Virus record (IMG/VR): IMGVR_UViG_3300036828_000142
Span: 1 to 64,000 of that record
Direction: 5' to 3' (one strand)
DNA from: a virus
Length of the DNA stretch: 64,000 nt
Within the stretch, counting starts at the first letter, position 1. Each line of letters opens with the position of its first letter. Shown one piece after another: positions 48,501 to 57,114 of the stretch. A program made the translations under genes and the position numbers. Below the pieces are notes generated by a model. The model was not told where the DNA came from. It ran no database searches and was given only the letters and a program-made list of their open reading frames with translations.

Positions 48501-50424
48501 GCAGCTTGTCAGATCCATCAACACGCTGACGGACGCGCTGACGGGCCGCAACAGCTTGCAAAGCGCGCTGCAAGACGTGGGGACCGCGTTCGATGACACC
48601 AGCCAGAGCGCCCAGAACGACTGGCAGGCCATCGAGACGGCGACCAAGACCGCGCTGGACAACATCTCCGGGCAGCTCACGACAGCCAACGACACGCTCT
48701 CCAAGAGCTACGACACGCTCGTCTCGAACATCCAGAAGGCGATGAACAACGGGGTCAACGCCACCGAAGCCGGGGTCAACAAAATCTTCGAGGCGATGGC
48801 GAAGGCGTTCCAAACGCTTGGTGTCAGCACCAGCGCGTCGAAGCGTCTCTCGAAAGCCGGGTTTGGTGGCAAGGCGAAGAAGAACGCGACCGGAGGACGC
48901 CTCCCCGGCGAGCCCCAGGGTGACCACCTGCCGCTGCTCGGGCGCGGCGGGACTCTGCTCGGGATCGCCGACGGTGGCGAACTGGTCGTCAACCGGCACA
49001 CCGAGAAGCGCGTGGACTCGAAGCTCGCGGCGTACGGCACCACCCTCGGCCGCGAGGTCGCCGGAGAAACCAGGCCGCACTTCGCTGAGGGCGGGCGCGT
49101 CCCCGGCTACGCGACCGGCGGTGTCGTTGGCCAGGTGAACCAGTTCTTCAGCAAACGTGGGTGGAGCAAAGCGGCCATCGCGGGCATCCTCGGCAACGCC
49201 TGGCAGGAGTCCACCGGCAACCCGAACACGGCCGGTGGCGGAATGTGGCAGCAAATCTCCAACTTCGGCAGTGGAACCGGCGGCTCGCTGGAACACCAGA
49301 TGGAGACGATGTACCCGCAGATCGCGAGCCTGCGCGGGTCGATGAACTCCGCGACCCCGGCCGGAGCGGCAACGATCTTCGAGTCGCAGTTCGAGCGGGC
49401 CGGGATACCAGCGCTGTCGAACCGCATCCGCTACGCGCAGGAGGCGTTCGCGGGGAAGCTCGGCGCGGGACTGACCGGCGGCAGCGGGTCGTTCGCAGGC
49501 TCCGTCCCAACGATCAGAGCCCCGAAGATCGGCGGGTTGCTGCCAGGCGAGATTGCGCAGTTGGGCCAGCAGGGGATCAACCTGGTCGCCGCTGCCGCGA
49601 ACTCAACGATCCAGGCAGCGGGACTCCGGGCAGGCGGCGGCATGGGCGGCGCGGGCGCAGCACCAATGACCGGGCCGAAGGCGGTGCAGGCGATGGTCCG
49701 CGAGGCCGACAAGATCGCAAGCCGCCGGTACAACTACGAGTGGGGCGGCGGGCATGGTGCCATCGGTGTACCCGGCCACGGCACCGGCCACGGGTCAGGA
49801 CCCGGCGTTGGGTTTGACTGCTCAGGCACCGTCTCGGCGGTGCTGCACGCAGCGGGGCTGCTGAACACGCCGCTGACCTCCGGGCCGCTGATGAGCTGGG
49901 GTGCCCCCGGACCTGGCAAGCACGTCACGATCTGGGCGTCGCCGGTCCACACGTTCATGGCGATGAACGGCCACTACTTCGGCACCAGCGGCTCGAACCA
50001 AGGCGGCGGCGCTGGGTGGATCGGACAGTTCCCCGAGTCGATGCCCGCCGTTCGCCACCCGCCGGGGCTCGCGACGGGCGGACGGGTCAGCGACCGGTGG
50101 GCCGGGCTTGACCCCGTCGAACAGATGCGCCAGAAGCGCAACCCGTACGCGATCCTGCCCGACAAGGGGTTCGCGGGCGGTGGTCGCATCCCGTGGTTCG
50201 CGTCCGGCGCGGACTTCATCGCCCGGCGTCCGCAACTGATCGGGGTGGGGGACCATCCCAGCGGCGAGCGGGTTCAGGTCACGCCGCAGAACCAAAACCC
50301 CACGACGGGCCGTCCGGTCAGCATCACGATCCAGAGCATCGTCGTGAACCGCAAGGGTGACGTGAAGAAGATCGTGGACGAGGAGATGCGGCTGCTCGCG
50401 CAAAGCCTCGGAGGTGAGGCCTGA
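45589..50424 (+). CDS. Tape measure protein with phage tail lysozyme and NlpC/P60 domains
   Basis: 1611 aa, Ala/Gly-rich; AAIAGILGNAWQES...FERAG; YEWGGGH..FDCSG..H. Confidence 0.93.
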   Translation: MAVSLEATFILVDKASSKLKEIAAQAKLTDKALRDMGGGGSTGMAGYQRTFAPVTQGIGKITSATEDLNAATKDTQKTADDTSKTVRVLGMNFDRTRGLLSNLTSQFRKHRDESGRLSGIFKTLIGHVTNFGKGIDNAARNMLKNHPALVNFASSLGGVAGGVKGLVTALPLLATAAIAAAPAIVALGGAIGALAGSLSFAAGGGALLGGGLLGSFAVGLGSVVAVAKPAITQLTNYRKAVTQLQTAEQTGNVTAIKTAQTRLDAISKLNPGVQQLSQNLSGMEAAWKKATAPGRAAFFDLANTAIGTLRKNMGFFATEADKNTKAVADAFKKNLGPLVDTLKPMVTMLGSIFRTNLPGFMAGVTNIFRGLSNILKVLEPQLKTFGGGFDRMTKRFDEWTSSAKGRSSIKLMGEEFKQWGRILGGVARILGDVLGAGARASQGTIKNWADSIQKFANALGGKGGTKGVQNFFQEAMKNAGKLVKPLENIAKSLAQMYTIYKPFGNVLISVLGKFPPALITGLATVFLASKAAIGAKAGYSGVRGALSGFAGKGTPTDPMWVRIIGSGGSGLSGLTSTKEEAVAEQEAKGGFFSRMRSRVGGLFGRGTAAETAVSEAEPLLASGVAAEGGGLFSKLLGGAKGLFSGGALMRGLRGGATGLALSAGIPLVESLLPKGVKNVLNTKVGRGLTTVGTDAATGLAIGGPWGAAAGAALGGVQAMGWNPLSAKGRDKFVKDMGTMWGGIKKGAGAAWSGITSVAGTAAGFVKKHWEIAGALAGPIGLGVTEGIKHFGAIKKFASGIPSFFSHIFGGLAGIITAPFKAAFGFLSGLPSKIGGVAKNIGKAAWGGIKSGAQTVAHAASGGFHAATHAVGGAVSGGLHAISSFFGADGGRVPFSAPVLVGEAGPEVLHLPTGSRVTPLSGPHAGGSWPMFGMQTGSPVRLPQPGPTPGGGGLGGGLGGVLGVDLSPQGIGQLVRSINTLTDALTGRNSLQSALQDVGTAFDDTSQSAQNDWQAIETATKTALDNISGQLTTANDTLSKSYDTLVSNIQKAMNNGVNATEAGVNKIFEAMAKAFQTLGVSTSASKRLSKAGFGGKAKKNATGGRLPGEPQGDHLPLLGRGGTLLGIADGGELVVNRHTEKRVDSKLAAYGTTLGREVAGETRPHFAEGGRVPGYATGGVVGQVNQFFSKRGWSKAAIAGILGNAWQESTGNPNTAGGGMWQQISNFGSGTGGSLEHQMETMYPQIASLRGSMNSATPAGAATIFESQFERAGIPALSNRIRYAQEAFAGKLGAGLTGGSGSFAGSVPTIRAPKIGGLLPGEIAQLGQQGINLVAAAANSTIQAAGLRAGGGMGGAGAAPMTGPKAVQAMVREADKIASRRYNYEWGGGHGAIGVPGHGTGHGSGPGVGFDCSGTVSAVLHAAGLLNTPLTSGPLMSWGAPGPGKHVTIWASPVHTFMAMNGHYFGTSGSNQGGGAGWIGQFPESMPAVRHPPGLATGGRVSDRWAGLDPVEQMRQKRNPYAILPDKGFAGGGRIPWFASGADFIARRPQLIGVGDHPSGERVQVTPQNQNPTTGRPVSITIQSIVVNRKGDVKKIVDEEMRLLAQSLGGEA

Positions 50425-51614
50425 TGGCCGACTACGACCTCGGGACCGGCGCGGGGCTGCACTACATGGGGGTGGTCGAGAACTACAACGCGCTGCCGGA
50501 CACGGCCAAGACCGGACAGTGGTACGTCACGACCCACAACGTGATGTGGGTGTGGGAGGGCGCTGCTTGGCAGATCGCCGGGCGCTACAACCAGTACACC
50601 TGGGGGGCCCGCTACAAGGCGGGCATCGCGTCGGACCAGTATTACTTCAACCAGATCACGAAGGGCAAGAAGTCCTCCGCCGCCAAGCGCTACGAGCGCG
50701 AGGTCAAGGAAGGCAAGAAGCTGAGCCGCCGCGACCCGCCGCCAGCGCCAGCGGACGGGTTGAAGGTCATCCTGACGGGGATCGGCAACGGGCTGACGGT
50801 GGATCAGAACGGCCGGGCGCTGCTCCCCCAAGCGTTCGTGTTCCAGTGCTCCCCGCTGGAGCAGTACACGCTCGCGCACACGTTCAACTTCGGGACCTAC
50901 GACACCGTGGACGACGACCAGTTCGCGCGGCGTGGCTCCCGGCAGCTCAGCACCTGGCAGTTCGACACGATGGTGATGTACCTCGGCGCGACCGCACACG
51001 ACAAGCACTACCTGCCGGGCTGGGTGCCGTATCCGATCAAAGAACCGGGCGGGCAGCAGATGCAACGCCCCGAGTGGTATGTCGATCAGCTTCGCAACCT
51101 GTTCGTCGCCGGAGCACCGTTCCGCTACGTCGCGACGTTCAAGGGCTCGACCACGATCCACCGCACGTACGCGGTGCTGACCGCCTTCAACGAGGACTAC
51201 CGCCACGGTGAGGGCGACGCGATCTACCTGTCCGCCGTCAGCTTCATGGAGTGGCGCGACCCCAGAGGCACCCCGCCGCGCCACGGCGCGAGGCTCCCGG
51301 CGCACATCCGCTTCCGTGAGACAGGCGGGCGTTACCTCGCCTACGACGTGAAAACGAACCGGATGGTCAAGACCCGCTCGAAGACGAACGGCACGACGTT
51401 CATGGACCTCGCACGCGACTTCTACGGCGACGCGGGGGACTGGCGCACCATCGCGAAGGCGAACAAGTGCCACGGCGGCTCGGGCAGCCTCCCGATCTTC
51501 AAGCAGTGGTTCCCGCACCGCCTGGCGAAAGGCAAACCGAACGTCACCGTCGTCGTGCCGACCAGCCCGACCCGCAAACCCGCTGAGCGCCGGACGGCGC
51601 AGAAGAAGGGGTGA
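50424..51614 (+). CDS. Tail tube initiator/LysM-like baseplate protein (XkdP-like)
   Basis: Follows TMP; TFMDLARDFYGDAGDWRTIAKAN. Confidence 0.75.
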   Translation: MADYDLGTGAGLHYMGVVENYNALPDTAKTGQWYVTTHNVMWVWEGAAWQIAGRYNQYTWGARYKAGIASDQYYFNQITKGKKSSAAKRYEREVKEGKKLSRRDPPPAPADGLKVILTGIGNGLTVDQNGRALLPQAFVFQCSPLEQYTLAHTFNFGTYDTVDDDQFARRGSRQLSTWQFDTMVMYLGATAHDKHYLPGWVPYPIKEPGGQQMQRPEWYVDQLRNLFVAGAPFRYVATFKGSTTIHRTYAVLTAFNEDYRHGEGDAIYLSAVSFMEWRDPRGTPPRHGARLPAHIRFRETGGRYLAYDVKTNRMVKTRSKTNGTTFMDLARDFYGDAGDWRTIAKANKCHGGSGSLPIFKQWFPHRLAKGKPNVTVVVPTSPTRKPAERRTAQKKG

Positions 51615-51617
51615 GCG

Positions 51618-53270
51618 GTGCCTGCGGTCAAAGCCAAGGATCGTCACAAGGAGGTCCAGCGCCACAAGAAGGTGACCGCTGCTGACGTGGGGTTGACTGA
51701 CGAGGACGCCGCCAGGGTTCACCGCAACCAGAAGCGGGCGACGAGCCACCTCCAGGATGAGCTTCGAGCCCCGGACTTCTGGAAGACGAGGCTGCGGACG
51801 TTGGTGCGGTGGGAGGGGCACACCATCGACATCTCCCGGCTGTGCGACACGCTGACGTGGCAGGATCAGTCCTCCGACGATCTGCGGAACATCAACACGC
51901 AGGCGGCGATGACGGGCTCGCTGACGCTGCACAAACCAGCGTTGCGGGAGTACGACCGGCTCGCGCCGTTGATCTTCCCCGGCGAGTCGTTCTCCGCCCG
52001 GATAACGAAGGACCGCACGTACCTCAAACCTGGTGCGATGGGCTCGCAGATCATCTGCCAGGTGGGGTACGGCAACACGTACACGAACCTGTGGGTGATG
52101 CGGGTCGTGCCGGGCTACAACGCCAACACGGCCGAGCAGGTCACCCTGTCGGACGGGTCGTGGACGCTGTCGCTCGCCGACGAGCTGTGGAACCTCGCTC
52201 AGAACGTCGCGGACTACAAGTACACGAAGGGCAAGAAGATCCGCCCGAACGGGTGGCGCTGCGACGAGATCGCGCACGACCTGTGCCGCCGCTACCGCAT
52301 CCCCGTGCGGTTCCTCGCCCAAGGCACCGCGTACTTCGGGCTCACGCACGCGCAGACGACGCTGACCTCCCCGATCCACGTCATCACCGAGGCGTACCAC
52401 GAGGAGACGAAACGCACCGGCCGGACGTTCATCATCCGCTGGGGCGCTCCGAACAAGCAGTTCCCCGTCGGCGCTCTGGAGGTCGTTCCGATGCGCCGCA
52501 ACCGGCTGCTGTACGCGCTGCGCGAGCAGCTTCTCGAAGCGACGCTCGGTCGCAGCCAGAGCGCTGACTTCGCGACGGTGATCGAAGCACGCGGCCAGAT
52601 CGTCACCGGCACCAAGAAGAAGAAGACGAAGAAGGTCACCTACACCGCTTTGAACAAGCGCGCGATCCGGCGCAACGGGTGGGTGCGCAAGACGATCAAC
52701 TTCGGGAAGGTCGAGTCCGAGGCGGAGCTGAAAATCCTCGCGACCCGGATGCTCGCGGTCAGGCTGACGCCGGTGCGCACGGCCGAGCTGACGAACCCTG
52801 GGATCGCGACGATCCGACGCGGCGACGCGGTGCGGATCAACCTGCCGGAGGAGGGCTACACCAGCGTCAAGCTGCTGCCGTACGCCGAAGTGCAGGCCAA
52901 GATCAGCCCGGCGCTTCGCCAGGCCGAGAAGCTCGACCCGTCGCTGTTTGACCTGGCCACCGCAAGCGTCGGCGCATTGGCCCCAAACACCTCCCAGAAG
53001 CTCCTGGACGCCAACGTGCCCGCCCGGCTGCCCGTCGCCGACCAGGGAATCGCGTTCGTCACCTCCGCCGTCCACAGCGCCTCAGCGGGGTCCTACACGA
53101 TGGACCTTCAGATGGGATTCATCGACGTGCTCGACCCTGCCGAGATCCGCGCGCAGGTTGACCAGGCCGTCCGCCGGTACAAGGCCGGTCAGAAGAACGC
53201 GGTGTGGACCGCGAAGCAGAAGGCGGCGGCGGCAGCCAAGAAGAAAGCCCAGGAGAAGAAGGGCGGCTGA
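51618..53270 (+). CDS. Baseplate hub protein (XkdQ-like)
   Basis: Position; DEIAHDLC..Y.IP; IRRGDAV; FVTSAVH....YTMDL. Confidence 0.75.
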   Translation: MPAVKAKDRHKEVQRHKKVTAADVGLTDEDAARVHRNQKRATSHLQDELRAPDFWKTRLRTLVRWEGHTIDISRLCDTLTWQDQSSDDLRNINTQAAMTGSLTLHKPALREYDRLAPLIFPGESFSARITKDRTYLKPGAMGSQIICQVGYGNTYTNLWVMRVVPGYNANTAEQVTLSDGSWTLSLADELWNLAQNVADYKYTKGKKIRPNGWRCDEIAHDLCRRYRIPVRFLAQGTAYFGLTHAQTTLTSPIHVITEAYHEETKRTGRTFIIRWGAPNKQFPVGALEVVPMRRNRLLYALREQLLEATLGRSQSADFATVIEARGQIVTGTKKKKTKKVTYTALNKRAIRRNGWVRKTINFGKVESEAELKILATRMLAVRLTPVRTAELTNPGIATIRRGDAVRINLPEEGYTSVKLLPYAEVQAKISPALRQAEKLDPSLFDLATASVGALAPNTSQKLLDANVPARLPVADQGIAFVTSAVHSASAGSYTMDLQMGFIDVLDPAEIRAQVDQAVRRYKAGQKNAVWTAKQKAAAAAKKKAQEKKGG

Positions 53271-53638
53271 TGCTCCCACCAGAACCGTTCGTGCTCGACG
53301 CACGCCAGGCGCTGCTTGACGCCCAAGCACTGTTCGCGGGGTCGGCGGTGCCGCGCGGGTTCTTCGCCGTGAGCTGGTACGGCACCGCGACCTCCGACGA
53401 ACGCGGAAGCTTCGGGATCGTTGACCCGGTGATGGGGCTCGCTGACTGTGTGGGCGAGGTCGTGGAGGTGACGTACTCGTCGCTGTTCGTCCGCCAGGGC
53501 CAGAAGACCGTGCGGGTGTACGTGATCGGCTCCGAACAGAACCTCGGCACGGACCTCTCGATCACCCGGCGCTGCTACCTGGAGCTGGAGCGGCTCGCGC
53601 TCGACCCGATCAACGCGAGCGTCGGGATCGTGCAGTGA
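53270..53638 (+). CDS. Hypothetical baseplate-region protein
   Basis: Coupled ORF. Confidence 0.65.
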   Translation: MLPPEPFVLDARQALLDAQALFAGSAVPRGFFAVSWYGTATSDERGSFGIVDPVMGLADCVGEVVEVTYSSLFVRQGQKTVRVYVIGSEQNLGTDLSITRRCYLELERLALDPINASVGIVQ

Positions 53639-56600
53639 GCGGACGGCTGCAACTCAAAGACGCCCTGAAGTCCCACGGCGAGCAGATCACCCGCCGCCAC
53701 AAGTCCGTCCGCCGCGCGAACGTCACCGGGATCAACCCGCTGACGGTGGAGCTACAGGACCACGACGTGCCGCTGATCGAAGGCGAGGACTTCGAGCTGT
53801 CGCAGTGGGCCGAGGCGTACCAGACCTCCGTGAAGCTCGATGTCGGCGACGTGGTGCTGCTGCACATGGAGGAGCACGACTGGGTGCTGCTCGACATCGT
53901 GTCCGACAAGGACATCGGCACCATCGGCGGCAGCGGCAACGGCAAGACCGGACCGACAGGGCCAGCGGGCCCACGCGGACCGACCGGCGACCAGGGGATT
54001 CAGGGATACCAGGGAGCGACGGGACCGACCGGACCCGCCTCGAACGTCCCCGGTCCCACCGGACCAACGGGTCCCGGCTCGACGGTCCCAGGGCCCACGG
54101 GCCCAACCGGACCGACCGGCGGCACGGGACCGCAGGGCAACATCGGAGGAGGCTGGGCGGAGGTCAGCGGCACCCCACCAAACCCCAACACGCCCAACCC
54201 GGCCCCACCGATGGGGTACCTGTGGGTTGACTCCGCCGAGGCCGTCCAGACCGGCGACACTGGGCCCACAGGACCGACTGGGCCAACGGGTCCTCCGGGG
54301 ACGCCGGGCACGGCGGTGCTGATGGACAAGTGGCATTACGTCGGCGGGACGGGCGAGCCGACGTTCCAGAACGGCTGGACGAACTACAGCGGCTTCCAGT
54401 CAGCATCGTTCCGCAAGTACCCGGACGGCACGGTCCTGGTACGAGGGCTCGTGCAGAGCGGCACGGCCGCACCGTCGCTGATCTTCACCCTGCCGACCGG
54501 CTACCGCCCGCTGGGACGGCAGATTTTCGTCAACGACGCCAACTCGGACGTGCACGCCCGTGTCGATGTGGACGTGACCGGCGCGGTGACCTGGATGTTC
54601 GGCGGCACCAACGCCTACGTGGCGATCAACGCCTACTTCGACACCGAGTCGGTCACCTCGTGGCTGACCGGACCCCCAGGAGCGACCGGAGCGACCGGAC
54701 CTGCCGGGCCGACCGGCGCAGCCTCAACCGTGCCCGGACCAACGGGACCGACGGGTCCGACTGGAGCTACAGGCGCGATGGGACCGGCCGGACCGACCGG
54801 CGCAGCTTCGACAACGCCCGGTCCTCCCGGACCGACCGGCGGACCCGGACCGATAGGCGATACCGGACCAGCGGGACCAGCAGGAGGCCCGACAGGCCCG
54901 CCAGGGGGGACGGGACCTGCCGGACCCACAGGACCAACGGGTCCAACGGGGTCGGTTGGTACGTCCTACGCCGCACGACTTACTAGAAGCGCGAGCATCA
55001 CCACCTCGGCCAATGTCTGGCAACGAGTTCCGTTTGACGCGACTGATTTCGATAGCACCTCGTCCGTGCAGATTGCTAACAGCCGGTACGTCTGCCCAAT
55101 AGCCGGGACATACGACGTGACTGTCACCGTTGGAGTCGGTGCGACAGGAGGCTCCCCGAATACGGTCGTGGCCGCTCTGTACAAGAACGGCGCACTTGAC
55201 TCGTTCGGCACCCAACAGCAGGCTGCCAGCACAAACCAAACGATCTCGGCTGTCTACGCAGGCAGCACGCACTGCAACGCGGGGGATTACCTCGAAGGGT
55301 GGACGTACACCAACGCCGCGCTCCCGCTTTACACCGGCGGCTACACGCACATGGAGGTGGCGCTCACGAGCGGCGGCGGACCCACCGGGCCGACCGGCCC
55401 GCCAGGACCAACCGGACCGGCGGGCACAGGCACCACGGGCATCTCGGGCGCGTACGTCGAGGTGGTCGCCGTACCGCCTGACGCCAACAACCCGAAGCCC
55501 GCCCCGCCAGAGGGGTATCTGTGGCTCGACACGTCCGACGTTGCCGCGACCAGGCCGGTGTACGACACCGACCAGATCGGGACCGTCAAGTCGTTCAGCG
55601 GTCAGACGATCCCGGTGAACTGGCTGCTCGCCGATGGAAGCTCGCTGCCGCGCGGCAGCTACCCAGACCTGTTCGCCGCTATCGGCACCACCTACGGGTC
55701 GGTGGACGGCACGCACTTCAATCTGCCTGACCTGCGCAACCGGTTCATCTACGGAGCGAACACTCTGAGCGCGGCAGGCGGGGTGGGCGGCGAGACGACG
55801 CACACGCTGTTGGCGAGTGAGGTGCCCTCGAACTTCGCTTCCAGCGCGCAGTCAGTTTGGAACGCCATATCAGGGGCAGCGCCCCCAGCGGGATCGACCT
55901 ACTGGTACCCGTTGGTGCCCGCTGCTAATGGGGTGACTCAGGGCGGCGGCGCGGCGCACAACAACCTGCCGCCGTACGTGCTGATGGCGCAGATCATCAA
56001 GGCCACCGGGGTGCAGCTCGACTCGGGCTCCGCGCTCGTTGGAGCGACGGGGAAGCGCGGGGCGATTTGGTACATGTACAACGGCACCGGCACGCCGTCT
56101 GCTGGCACGTTCGCGGGGGAACTTGACGGGGATTGGTGCATCCGCAAGACGGACGGGGAGAACTTCGAGCGCGTCGGCGGCGTGTGGGTAGACCAGGGGT
56201 TCACCAACCGGACCACGGCAACAGTCTCAGCGGCGCGGGCCAACCACCAGGCAGCGTTCACGATCTCTACTGCGAACACCTGGATGAAGGTTCCGCTCGA
56301 CACGTTGCAGTTCGATACCACGGGCAGCAGCATGGTGCAGCTATCGAACGGACGGATCGTCTGCCCCGTGGCTGGCTGTTATCAGGTCGAGGGGCAACTG
56401 ATGATCAACAACGCAGCAAGCAGCGGGAATCGTGTCCTGGTGGGGGTTGGAAAGAACGGCACGGTATTGAGCGAGGCCGGAGCTACTCCTCCGGCTGGGT
56501 GGATGGACCCGTGCGTCGCTGATGTGGTTCAGTGCAACGCGGGCGACTACTTTGAACTGTTCGCGTACGCGAACACCGCCGGTACAGCGCTTTACACCGC

Positions 56601-57114
56601 TGCTGGGAACACGCAGGTCAACTACTTGTCTGTCGCGCTGATCTCGGCAGGACCAGGGCCGCAGGGACCGCAGGGACCGCAGGGCACCATGTACTCAACG
56701 CAGCGCGTCCTCGGCAAGAGCGGCGCTTTGCAAAACGTCACGTTCGACGCAACCGTGTCTGACGGAGCAGGTGGCCTGATGCAGTTGTCGATCACACCCA
56801 CCATCCCGGTGTGGTGGGAAGTCTCGGGCCAGGTTGGCTACGTGCTGAAGGTGGACGCTGCATACAACTACCTGTGCGGCTCGCTGAACCTGTCGCCCAC
56901 CGACCAGGACGGGCAGTCCGCGATGTACCAGTACGTCGAGCAGCACAACTCGGTCAACAAGTTCGAGGGTCGTTCGGTCACGCACCTCTATCGGCTGTCG
57001 GCTGGGACGACCTACACCGTGGCCCTGAGGCTCGGTAACTCCGACGGCGGGACTTGGCAGTATTACTCAGGCCCATCGCAGCTCTTGTTGACCGGGAAGG
57101 CGTGGGCACAGTGA
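53635..57114 (+). CDS. Spike/fibre protein: N-terminal spike-like OB domain, collagen, C1q-like domains, tail collar
   Basis: VTGINPLTVEL..LDVGDVVLL; GPT repeats; two ..CNAGDY.E modules; collar motif. Confidence 0.85.
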   Translation: MSGRLQLKDALKSHGEQITRRHKSVRRANVTGINPLTVELQDHDVPLIEGEDFELSQWAEAYQTSVKLDVGDVVLLHMEEHDWVLLDIVSDKDIGTIGGSGNGKTGPTGPAGPRGPTGDQGIQGYQGATGPTGPASNVPGPTGPTGPGSTVPGPTGPTGPTGGTGPQGNIGGGWAEVSGTPPNPNTPNPAPPMGYLWVDSAEAVQTGDTGPTGPTGPTGPPGTPGTAVLMDKWHYVGGTGEPTFQNGWTNYSGFQSASFRKYPDGTVLVRGLVQSGTAAPSLIFTLPTGYRPLGRQIFVNDANSDVHARVDVDVTGAVTWMFGGTNAYVAINAYFDTESVTSWLTGPPGATGATGPAGPTGAASTVPGPTGPTGPTGATGAMGPAGPTGAASTTPGPPGPTGGPGPIGDTGPAGPAGGPTGPPGGTGPAGPTGPTGPTGSVGTSYAARLTRSASITTSANVWQRVPFDATDFDSTSSVQIANSRYVCPIAGTYDVTVTVGVGATGGSPNTVVAALYKNGALDSFGTQQQAASTNQTISAVYAGSTHCNAGDYLEGWTYTNAALPLYTGGYTHMEVALTSGGGPTGPTGPPGPTGPAGTGTTGISGAYVEVVAVPPDANNPKPAPPEGYLWLDTSDVAATRPVYDTDQIGTVKSFSGQTIPVNWLLADGSSLPRGSYPDLFAAIGTTYGSVDGTHFNLPDLRNRFIYGANTLSAAGGVGGETTHTLLASEVPSNFASSAQSVWNAISGAAPPAGSTYWYPLVPAANGVTQGGGAAHNNLPPYVLMAQIIKATGVQLDSGSALVGATGKRGAIWYMYNGTGTPSAGTFAGELDGDWCIRKTDGENFERVGGVWVDQGFTNRTTATVSAARANHQAAFTISTANTWMKVPLDTLQFDTTGSSMVQLSNGRIVCPVAGCYQVEGQLMINNAASSGNRVLVGVGKNGTVLSEAGATPPAGWMDPCVADVVQCNAGDYFELFAYANTAGTALYTAAGNTQVNYLSVALISAGPGPQGPQGPQGTMYSTQRVLGKSGALQNVTFDATVSDGAGGLMQLSITPTIPVWWEVSGQVGYVLKVDAAYNYLCGSLNLSPTDQDGQSAMYQYVEQHNSVNKFEGRSVTHLYRLSAGTTYTVALRLGNSDGGTWQYYSGPSQLLLTGKAWAQ

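Noticed and set aside
50274-53075. 933-aa minus-strand ORF (and similar long antisense ORFs at 30260-32086, 47085-48704, 57063-58970, 35377-36693)
   Set aside because: Shadow frames of GC3-rich plus-strand genes, with no motifs or RBS
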